This document shows, piece after piece, positions 25,115 through 35,844 of a stretch of DNA of 64,000 nt; position 1 is the first letter of the stretch, and each line of letters starts with the position of its first letter. The DNA lies in the NCBI GenBank assembly GCA_010093705.1, contig MU006107.1:170031-234030 (forward strand), written 5' to 3'. The notes under the pieces are model-generated. The model had not been told where the DNA came from. It ran no database searches and worked only from the letters and a program-made list of their open reading frames with translations. The DNA comes from Patellaria atrata CBS 101060 (Eukaryota). The translations under genes and the position numbers were made by a program.

Positions 25115-26448
25115 ATGTCGAACTTCGAGCCGAATGCAATACTAAGAGGAGCACAGCTCACGCTGGTTGGGGGTACGAGCACGACACCCCAGAAGTGATA
25201 TACCATGATAGTTGATCCTAACTAACCCTACGTTAGCGAACCGAGCTCTTCAGAATCCATCCCTATTCACTTCAGAACACTACCGTCAAGCCGCGTTGGC
25301 CGTGGTAGCTGGTATTGTTATTCGAATGCTGGTAGCAATTCCGGTACGAAGTTGATTCGCGTCTTACGTCTAGCTATCATAGCTTATCCATTGCAGACGA
25401 TCGGAATTAGAGTCCTGATATGGTTATTATCGCTATTTATGAACTTGGAGAATTCCACCTGGGATAATGAACTTCTTGATGGACTTGTTTTCCTGGAGCA
25501 TACTGTATTACAAGCCCCGTTCTTTTTCATGTCCCTCATGCGGTATATTACGCCTACTCTGGACAATATGTATGTCTCGATCTAAAAACAAATGGCTAGA
25601 TCATAACTTACGAGAGACTCTAGGTTTATGCAGTCTTTGCAATGGGTAGACCAGACCTACGCTCAGAAGCACAAATCAGAGAATCCTAAAGATCTTCGGG
25701 GAATGTATTACCCTAACCTCCGCATGTATGCTATACATGGAGATACCAGCAGCCGGAAGAGTCCACGTGAAGCTGTTCAGGCCTTCCTCATCCGCTACAG
25801 CCGTAAAGCGGGGATTTCTCTAGCAGTATATCTGCTGACATTCGTCCCCTACGTTGGCCAGTTTGTCCTTCCAGCCGCAAGCTTTTATACCTTCAACAAA
25901 GCAGTTGGGCCACTGCCGGCTATGGTCGTATTTGGTAGCTCTCTCCTTATGCCAAAGCGATATCTTGTAGCATTCTTGCAGTCATATTTCTCTTCACGCA
26001 GTCTTATGAGGGAACTAGTAGGTGACTTTTCTTTATATATCCGCAAGATTCCTTTTTATATACGTGTCATCTAAGAAAATGATAGCTCGAACCTTACTTT
26101 GCACGGATACGGTTTAACAAAGAGCAAAAGAGAATGTGGTTTAGAGACCGCGAAGGTGTCCTATTCGGGTTCGGTGTAGGCTTCTTTACATTCCTGAAGA
26201 TCCCTTTACTCGGAGTTCTCATTTACGGCATCGCTGAAGCGTCGACTGCGTATTTGATTACGAAAATCACAGACCCTCCGCCGCCACCTGCAGAAGCCAA
26301 AGAGTATGCTGAATCACAAGTTAAATGGAAGAATAAGCAGATATTCCTCACACTCCCTCTCGCGAATCTGGATGCACACAACATCAAAACCTCGGAACGA
26401 GATCAAAATCCCCTTTATACCGAGCTTCCGAGTAAGAAGTTTACTTGA
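25115..26448 (+). CDS. usgS: UsgS-like (EI24-related) transmembrane protein
   Basis: MSNFEPNAILRGAQLTLVGANRALQNPSLFTSEHYRQAA..., FSSRSLMRELLEPYF and WFRDREGVLFGF. Four introns. Sits directly upstream of formamidase. Confidence 0.85.
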
Positions 26449-26498
26449 AGTTCAAGTTCCAGAAGCGGAAGAACGAGTAAGGGCGGGGTTCGGGGAAA

Positions 26499-26980
26499 TT
26501 ATCTCTAAATGATACAAGAGTAGAGTTTGTAACGTTTTCTAAAACATTCAGGAGATAATGGACTATCATGTAACGGCAATTGCTTTTTATGCATCTACCT
26601 TTCCAAGTGTCCTTCAGTTTAACTAATCGACGATATCCCCCGCCTTGCCATGACGACTTTTTGGGTCGTGTGCGAGCTTTAACAGCTACCCCGCGCTATG
26701 CCAGAGCATATTCTCTCTACATAGGTCCACGGAGCATCAGACAGCTCCCGCGTGTTCTTGACTAACATTCTTGCTTTTGATAGCCGTTATCATTCAGTGC
26801 TTACTAGGTCCCTTTCATCCAGCCGAATCATTATTCCGCTATCAAGCACTCCACGTTTCTTCTTATGGTATATCACCAGTACCTTCCCCAGAATGTCTTC
26901 CACAATCTCCAGGTCGAATTGTTCTTCTGTACTTAAGCCCATCACTCGTTCAAAGCTTCATTGTATTTCCTTGTTTATCT
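26499..26980. promoter_or_regulatory. HGATAR (AreA/NIT2-type GATA) site cluster in the formamidase promoter
   Basis: Sites at 26499, 26553, 26563, 26778, 26787, 26839 and 26975, including two closely spaced inverted pairs. Confidence 0.6.
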
Positions 26981-27004
26981 CCAGAGAAAAAACGAGTCTC
27001 TACA

Positions 27005-28752
27005 ATGGGCAAAAAAGAGATTCGTACTGCTGCTAAGGTGTCATTCGACCAGCCAGCTTCTGAGCAATCTGTTCTCCACGTAAGCTCTCTCAATGATAGG
27101 AAGTAGCTCAATGAGTAACGTAGAGCTTCAATAGAATCGTTGGCACCCAGATAGTCCGTTCTTGTCGATTGCTCTATCATGAGATGCGAGGCTGACCAAT
27201 TGAAGTCCCTACCTGCGGTACAATTAAAAATGGAGAAGTTGTGAAGATTGAATGTGTAGACTGGACCGGGTAAAGAGCTCCATCCATTGTTTTTGTCGGC
27301 TTGTACTGACTCAAGAGCGGTAGTGGCCAGATTAAAAATAACGACAGCGCAGACGATGTTAAAAATGTTGATCTCACCAGAGTGCACTATCTGACGGGTC
27401 CATTCGAGATCGAGACAGCAGAACCAGGTGACGTTTTGCTGGTCGAGATCCAAGACGTACAGCCCTTCCAAGATCAGCCTTGGGGGTTCACTGGAATATT
27501 TTCAAAGGACAATGGCGGAGGATTTTTGGATGAGATTTATCCTGAACCGTACGTAGCTCTCGCAACCGGCTAAGTCTGTTCATCCGTCCTAAAGTCTGTC
27601 ATTTTGAAACAGCGCTAAGGCGATCTGGGATTTTGAGGGAATCTTCTGTTCATCTCGTCATATTCCTGTGAGTTTATTCAAGTCCACGCTCTTGGCCATG
27701 TCTGAGAGAACACGTCATTGATATGTATTCAGGGCGTACGGTTTGCGGGTCTTATTCATCCTGGCATCTTGGGTTGTGCTCCATCGCACGAAGTCCTAGC
27801 AGAATGGAACCGTCGTGAGGGAGAACTAATCTCCGCGATGTCAGATGTCTCTCGGGTCGTTGCACTACCTCCTGAACCACAAAACGTACATGTTGGGAGT
27901 GCTAGCGACGAGATCAAGCAGAAAGTTGGACGAGAGGGAGCCCGCACTATACCAGGACGACCGGAACATGGAGGCAATTGTGACATTAAAAACCTTTCTA
28001 GGGGTAGCAAGGTATACCTTCCGGTCCACGTCCCTGGTGCGAAATTCAGCGTCGGCGATCTACATTTCTCTCGTAAGTGGCTCCATAGATATTGGTGTTT
28101 GATTCATGAATGCTGACATGGCTGCTAATAGAGGGTGATGGCGAGATATCCTGTACGCCAATTTGAAATGTGATACTCTCCTTTGATGTTTCCAATGCTA
28201 ATCGCGTAATAGTTTGCGGCGCCATTGAGATGGCCGGGGTTATAACCTTTAAGTTCACGGTCATGAAAGGAGGCATGGCCCAACTTGGTATGAAATCGCC
28301 TATCTATATCCCAGGTCCGGTTGAGCCGCAGTTTGGGCTGGGGAGATATATCTACTTTGAAGGGTTCAGTGTGGACGAGACCGGCAAACAACATTACATG
28401 GACGCCACGGTCGCCTACCGTCAAACTAGTCTTCGTTGCATCGAGTATTTGAGACGCTTTGGTGGGTGGACTGGAAACTTAAGCTCAATAATCACTAACG
28501 CTCTTCTAGGTTACAATGACTACCAGATTTATCTTCTTTTGTCCTGCGCACCAGTCCAAGGCCATGTTGCAGGCATCGTAGATGTAAGTTGATTAATCAA
28601 TCTTATCGTTATAGATGAGCAACTTACGTATCCAGATTCCAAATGCCTGTACCACCATGGGTTTGCCTATGGATATCTTTGACTTTGACATATCACCTAG
28701 TGCACTAGCAGAGAAGAGGGATCTCGGGACTTGTGCCTTTTCTAGCAAATAA
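27005..28752 (+). CDS. fmdS: Formamidase (FmdA/AmdA family)
   Basis: HNRWHPDIP, ECVDWTGGQI, HYLTGP..AEPGD, GRPEHGGNCDIKNLSRGS, SVGDLHFSQGDGEISFCGAIEMAG and GIVDIPNACTT. Nine introns, with 19-nt and 21-nt exons. Confidence 0.95.
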
Positions 28753-30017
28753 TCGTATATTTGATCATGTGATGATGTGCATAGACACGTTGTCTTCGAG
28801 CTCCCAGAGTTCGTAAAGCTCACACCGTATTTCGTTGCTTCTTCAGAATGTTCACCGAGATTGAAGAAGTGTACCGGACGCGAGGGACAATGTATCAAAA
28901 CCGTCAGCAAGTGGAAATGCACATATATTGAATCCGTAAAGTTTTGAGTTTCAGCTCGCTCTTCGATCAGCTAAATGTATGATTGTATGATTACTTTAAT
29001 AATTCCTGTCTTTTCCTGCTAAGCTTTTTATCCGACAAAATATACAACTCACTCGACAAGGGCGAATACCAGAGCTCAACTTCCTATTCCTTATCCGCAA
29101 ACATCTTCAAAGGGTTATGATGAGCGAGGTCAGACTGTATGGCGCATACGAAGTAGGAATCAATTCGTATGTCCCTAATCCTTCCATGTCCGGACGCATT
29201 TCACGATCTACCTACACGGGATTTTATTGATTATCGTTTAAGCATGTACCCATAGAGACTTTTGAAGACCATTGAAGACTTGAGAGCTGCATATGTCATT
29301 GTTCGGACCAATGACCTTCTACGTAACCCTTGACGATACTGGTATGACCGGGATAACCAGTAATGAATTCCTTAACGATGCTATGTTTAGCCGACAAAAA
29401 AATAAAACTCCGAATGTGTATAGATCTACACGATCTAACGGTTGCCGTATCCTTAGGTTCCCCGAATACGATTCTCTTTACTTCACACTTGAGATGCTTA
29501 ACTTGACCTCTGACGTTGAGCGAGGAATCGTTGTACCGCGAGTGCCGTCTTGACCAACTATCATGAGAATGTCTCCCATGTCCCACCTAGGCCAGCTCCG
29601 AAGGTTCTCCATCCCGGGCAATCGCTTCAACCGAGAGGCGAATGGTACAGTAGCATGGCCCAACGTCGCGTTAACCGACATCAAGGGTGCTTACATAGCA
29701 TATGCTTGCAACACGAGAAAGCCATGAAGGTCTAGTAGCGGTGGAAACTTCATGAATTGGAGGTTTAGTTGGGTAGGATACGAAGTGTTTACTCCACCCG
29801 GTCTGTTGATTTGTACTCAGATCGTCATCGTTGCTAATCCTGAATTGCCTTTGTCGCTACACTAACTCTATATAAAGGCTTTCGAAAGAGTACATTTAGT
29901 TCTCTTCTCATTATCACACAGCGATTCACAGTAATTCACGACTAGCGCCTATTCATTTCCAAAGATACTCCAAAAGCCTTCTTTTTTAAGTCTCAAACAC
30001 AAACCAACACCGCAACT

Positions 30018-30646
30018 ATGAAGTCCACAATTATCGCCTCGTCTCTCTTCTCTCTCTTGCCAGCCATTATGGCATTGCCTGCCCCGGCTCTAGCTCAAGA
30101 AGCTGAGGTCTCTAACAACTTCGTTGGCATCTCCGCTCGATCTGCATCTCCTATCCATTTATTACCTGTGGTCACTCACAACAGCGCATTCTGGCTTGGA
30201 GGAGAGACTTATTCCTACTGCCCAACTCAAGTTGAGCCTAACTGTCCCCCAGGCAACACAACTGTGTTCGCCGGAGGAGACGAGTATCTTGGCCTAGGAG
30301 TCCTGGTTCCAGGTGGCCAGAGCGGTAAGTCCAATTATAACTTTTGTCTGTTATTCAAGACTAATCTAGCATATCAGTCTATATTGCCCAGGACGGTTCT
30401 ATGACCCATACCACCGCCCATTCGGCCTATTACCCGCCAGGCGCAGTACGTGATGGGTGGACCAGGACTGAGGGAGAGAACTTCGGTCATTTGAGCCATG
30501 AAGCCGGACTTGTCGCCTGCCCTGTTGAGGGTGGATACAAGATCTTTGCCCAGATCCCAACATTCGTCGCGCCTAACGAGGATTGCCTTGGGTTTTCTTT
30601 CTTGACTGGTAACGTTACTGAACAGGTCGGCGCGTGGCAGTACTAG
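30018..30646 (+). CDS. Secreted cell-wall protein (PhiA/IgE-binding-protein-like)
   Basis: Signal peptide, SARSASPIH, FWLGGET.SYCP and VPGGQ|VYIAQDG..TTAHSA, ending AWQY. One intron from 30325. TATATAAA near 29868. Confidence 0.8.
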
Positions 30647-30648
30647 TT

Positions 30649-31176
30649 CTATTCAACGTACTTTCGATGAGTTGCATTTCGAATGTAGAGCGACCGGGAA
30701 CACATTTTGATAGTAATTAGCATATGCATGGGGTTAGGCGCAAGATATAGATATAAATTAGACACTCCTTCATTGACGGCTTCCTGCAATTTCTCTTTGG
30801 TCTTATTGACGACATCTTCTTCTGAACCATTAGCCTGAAAATTACCCATGACTACGATCTTATCTCTGGACTTCATTCCTTTGGCTATTTGCACATCTGA
30901 TTTTGGGACGTTCAATACCTACGAATAATTAGTTCCATCCATTCTAGTCCGATTACAACAACATACCTCCGCGATAAGCTCTCTGACCGCCTTGTTCGCT
31001 TCTCCTTCTCTTACTTGAGCAGCAACACAAAGTTCAATTGCCTCCGCATTGACTGCAGTAATACCTTCACATCTGGTACTTGTTCCTGGCTTCACATGGC
31101 AGGCTAAGTGTATTGCTCCGCCGCACTGCTTGGAGCTTTTTAGCAACACCCACCGGATAGCTGAAGAAGTGCTCGT
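30649..31176 (-). CDS. YggU/DUF167 family protein (no ATG found; ACG start or pseudogene)
   Basis: IHLACHVKPG..REGEANKAVRELIAE|VLNVPKSDVQIAKGMKSRDK. One intron at ~30919-30966. Confidence 0.75.
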
Positions 31177-31774
31177 TCGAGCTTGGGAGAGTAGAAGGAA
31201 TCTTCAGTTGAAATTTTCAGTGCGACCTGCCTATTCTAATATCCTTGTACCACGTCACATGTGATCCGGGAAAGAAAGGTTTATCGAGTCTCGAGATTAC
31301 AAAGGCAACCAGTAGAGTATTCTCATCGGAGCCGACGATGTGAGTCCAAAGCAATATCCCTTTCCTCATACATAAACGTGAATAGGATTCGATGATGAGT
31401 ATGTCAGATGGTGCAGCTTTCACCTTGGCAGATATGGACGAACTCCGTTGTCCGGTCACCCTGTCCGATTTCCGGCTGTTAGTAGTTTAGCCCACCGACG
31501 TCTCTCTACAACTTGCTTTTAGGGTATATCCTCAAATTCCATAAGAGCCACTTCCCCTAAGTGCAGCTGAAGGCGATATTAGCAACAATTCCGTCGTAAC
31601 CATGGGTTCTTTACGTAAAGAACGGCTTATCAAGATCCATCCAGGAATAACATAAATACCCCTCTTTGTCTGCTTTTCATAGCTTTTCAGAAATATCCTT
31701 AAACAGACTGTTCAACTGTAAAGCATTACCTTGACCATCACACCAACGGTAATTACAGCAACGCTTCCCAAAGG

Positions 31775-32864
31775 ATGACATCCGCGCCTACGTTGCAGCC
31801 AAAGTTCTTACCCCGTCGCGATGACCTGGGACTTGTCGCGGTGGGATTCTCTGGGGGTCAGGTAAGAGCCACAGGTCGACTCCACTATCATCAGCCAATA
31901 TCTAATACAGCATGTCCAGTGCAAAGCCGGCGTCGATGCTGCGCCCATGGCTCTAATTGAGTCTGGCCTTATCGATCAACTAAAGAATGATCTCGACTTC
32001 GATGTAACGTACGATGGACAAGTGCATTCTTACTCCGAGATGATACCCGCAGATGATCCGGACCACCGTGGTATGAAGAAACCGAGAGCTGTAAGTGCTG
32101 TCACAAAAGCTCTAAGTGAGCAGGTCTACGAGCATGCGTCCAAAGGAAGGTTCGTCTTGACACTAGGTGGAGACCATTCGATCGCGATAGGATCTATAGG
32201 AGGCACAGCGAAAGCGATTCGGGAACGGCTTGGACGGGAGATCGCTGTTATTTGGGTGGATGCACATGCCGACATCAACACGCCAGAGACGTCGGATAGT
32301 GGAAATATTCATGGGATGCCAGTCGCTTTTCTCGCAGGGTTAGCAAAAGAAGAGCGAGAAGATATTTTCGGATGGATTCAAGATGACCAGAGGATTAGCA
32401 CTAAGAAATTAGTCTACATTGGCTTGCGAGATATCGACCGCGGAGAGAAGAAGATTCTCAAGGAGAACGGGATCAGAGCGTTCTCAATGCATGACATTGA
32501 CAGGTGCGTATATTTTATGTTTAGAACAATTATTCTTCGGCTTCTAATAGGTAATCTTAGGCATGGTATTGGTAGGGTCATGGATATGGCTTTAGGTTGG
32601 ATAGGTACTGATACCCCTATTCACCTGTCCTTCGACATAGACGCATTGGATCCACAATGGGCACCAAGCACAGGCACCGCGGTTAGAGGAGGTTTGACAC
32701 TCCGCGAAGGTGACTTCATTGCAGAATGCGTAGCGGAGACCGGATCGCTTGTTGCCCTGGATCTTGTCGAAGTCAATCCCGCTTTGGACGAAGAGGGAGC
32801 ATATGAGACGATCAGGGCTGGCTGTTCAATCATCCGTTGCGCTCTTGGAGATACCCTCCTCTGA
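31775..32864 (+). CDS. CAR1: Arginase
   Basis: LGGDHSIAIG, WVDAHADINTP, SGNIHGMP, SFDIDALDP, TGTAVRGG and DLVEVNP. Two introns. Confidence 0.97.
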
Positions 32865-33413
32865 GAAATCAATACTGAATGTTTCATAAGCTGCTTCTTT
32901 TACTTCCACGGCTTGCGTGCATATAGCGGTTTAGAGGCTTAGAGGACCGCACTAAGGGGGCATTTGTTTCTGCATAAGACGGCTTTGGCGATAGCTCATG
33001 CTGTAATAAGACACATTTCGTTGATATATTCCCCTCCGCGATCATGCCTCAACGATACTGCTCCTTTGCTTGGACCACACATTTCACAGTAAACTCGCTT
33101 TGTTGCTGTTCTTTTTAGTATATACACTGCCACGGAACTCTCCTGTGACCATACTATCCGGCTCCTGTACCAAAGTACGCTTAGTCCTAATATACGTTGT
33201 AACATGCACCATTCCGAGAGATCAGAATGTGTAAGACCCTTAGATAAGTCAACTATCTTACCTCAGTCATGGTGGGTAACATCTAATTCATGCGACGTCA
33301 TTACTGCGAAAGTGCAAAAGCTACTGGTGCTACGAGAATGTTGATCTATGGAAACGCACTCTGCATTCTAATAACTTGAACATACTTTACGATTCGGTAT
33401 CTACCACTCCACT

Positions 33414-35249
33414 ATGCCTATCGCATTACAAAGACATCCAACTTCTGGCGGACTTCTGAGATCTGTTGGAGCAGTCGTAAAACAAGGAGGGCTATACGGA
33501 GCCCCACGGCTAGCTCCAATAGCTCCACATCTTTTGCAGCAGCGATCTCAACATCGGAGCATCACCATTCACACACTCGACCATGAGAGAGATAGTAAGA
33601 TCTTCTGGCATCAATGCATGTAAACGTAATTAACATAGTTCACTGCAAGTTAGAGAGCGCGTGGTTATCCTTGGTTCCGGTATGATCCTGATATCCAAAT
33701 AGAAATGTGAAAATTCAGCTAAAGTTAACCTGTAGGCTGGGCTGGCTATACATTAGCAACTCAGCTTGATTCGAAGAAATACCAACCCGTAATCGTATCT
33801 CCACGTTCCTATTTTGTTTTCACCCCTCTTCTTGCTTCCACGTCCGTCGGAACATTAGAATTCCGCACTGCTCTCGAACCAATTCGGAGCAGACGGACAA
33901 AGGTTTCGTTCTTCCAGGGATGGGGGGATGATGTCAACTTCAAGAACAAAACTGTGACGATTGAGGAAGGGGTTGATGACCCACGTCAAGGTTTAGCTCT
34001 AGCAGGCGATCGTCATGAAGATGAGACGCCGTTGCAAAGGGAGAACGAGAAAAAAGTAGAGGCCAAAAAGGGCGAATTGTTGGATCTCAAATACGACAAG
34101 CTTATCATTGCCGTAGGCTGCTACAGCCAGACGTTTGGTACTCCTGGAGTAAGGGAGCATGCTCTGTTTCTGAAGGACGTTGGGGATGCTAGGAAAATCC
34201 GCAACCGTCTATTAACATGCTTTGAAACCGCTTCACTTCCGACAACAACGGATGAAATGAAAAAGAATCTATTGAATTTCGCCGTCGTGGGCGGTGGACC
34301 CACTGGTATTGAATTTTCTGCTGAATTGCACGATATCATCATGGAAGACCTTGCTAAAATATATCCCGGGCTTATCAAATTTCATAAGATAACAGTCTAT
34401 GATGTGGCCCCAAAGGTGCTCTCTATGTTCGATGAAAATCTAGGCAAATACGCTATGGATACCTTCCGTCGCGAAGGCATCGATATCAAGACATCACACC
34501 ACGTTCAAGGATTACGGCTTGGCCTTCCAGAAGAAGCGGATAAAAGCAAGGTCAGAGATGACCATGGATGCTGGACACTCAAGTTAAAAGAGGAGGGCGA
34601 AGTCGGCGTAGGCATGGTGGTGTGGTCAACGGGGCTCATGATGAACCCTTTTGTGGAAAAGGCTTTGGGAAAGCCTCAGACTCTATCAAAACATGGGGTT
34701 AGATTCGAGACAGGAAGAATTCAAGATGCTACTCAGAAATGGGTTGTTAAGAAAGACAGTAAGTCTGGTAGTATCATAACGAATGAGCAGCTTAGAGTAG
34801 TCCTCGAGACTTCTGAAAAGGAAGTGAGCGCCTCTCGCGCTATATTGGAAGACGTCTTTGCTGTGGGTGACTGTGCAGTTCTCGAGGGAACCATGTACCC
34901 AGCTACAGCACAAGTCGCAAGTCAGAAAGCTGGGTGGCTTGCCAAACGATTGAATAAAGGAGACATTGATAACTCTGCTTTTCACTGGAAAAATATGGGC
35001 GTGATGGCTTACGTGGGCAATTGGAATGCCATCTTACAGGGTGGTAAAGGAGGGAACGTATCCGGCCGCGCAGCTTGGTTTATCTGGAGGGGCGCCTACT
35101 TAACCAAGGCTGTGAGTTGGAGAAATAAAATACTGATTCCGGTGTATTGGTATGTACTGTACTCTTCTACTCCATTTATGTGATCGGTATTCACGTACTT
35201 TCACAGGTTTGTCAACTGGGTATTTGGCCGGGACATCTCTCGATTTTAG
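33414..35249 (+). CDS. Type II (alternative) NADH dehydrogenase, mitochondrial
   Basis: Presequence-like N-terminus, RVVILGSGWAG, FTPLLAS..GTLEFR, VVGGGPTGIEFSAEL and ATAQVASQ, ending GRDISRF*. Three introns. Confidence 0.92.
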
Positions 35250-35844
35250 AGATGTAGACATCTTGCCAGATACTCAATAATTCCTTATAAGAGGGTTTAA
35301 TTGCTCGAACACTATCATGAACAATTTTTGTAAATAACGTACCTATTCAGGTAATCTACTATAATACTAAGTCACGTGGAGTTCATAGTGTCACCATGAG
35401 GTGGGAGGCGTTATAATAATTAAGTAGCAGTCGAACGATTGGGCTGTTTATTTGGGATTGGAACTGCCTCCTCTTCTATAGATATGGCAGGTTGTATATG
35501 ATATCTGTCGTGATTCGTTCATCACATTTTCGCAAGCGGTTTCTGGTCTCTCAGAACGCCAACGCATCTTGCTTCAACAGGATCCCTGGCCTGACCTCAC
35601 ATTAACAAGCCTCGTAAAGACGTCTCGTCCCACACGTCTCTTTAACGGATCTGCAGCTCATTGTCCTATTCACAGAAATGCAAGCAATCGCAGCGAAGCT
35701 CTCCGCTTTCCCTACCCTCCCTTCTGAGTCGTTCTCGTCCTTTGCGGCTAGCTGCATAGAACAATCTGCCATCCGACGGAGACAATATCAGATACACTGA
35801 CGAGAAACAGTGTGCCATCTGGCTTATCGCGTACACCTTTTGCA

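Noticed and set aside
29293..29735. Short ORFs between formamidase and the secreted protein
   Set aside because: Under 100 aa, with no motifs and no consistent splice model.
31602..31655. Possible uORF (MGSLRKERLIKIHPGIT*) before arginase
   Set aside because: It lies upstream of or over a TATA-like CATAAATA, so it is probably not in the mRNA, and it does not resemble the arginine attenuator peptide.
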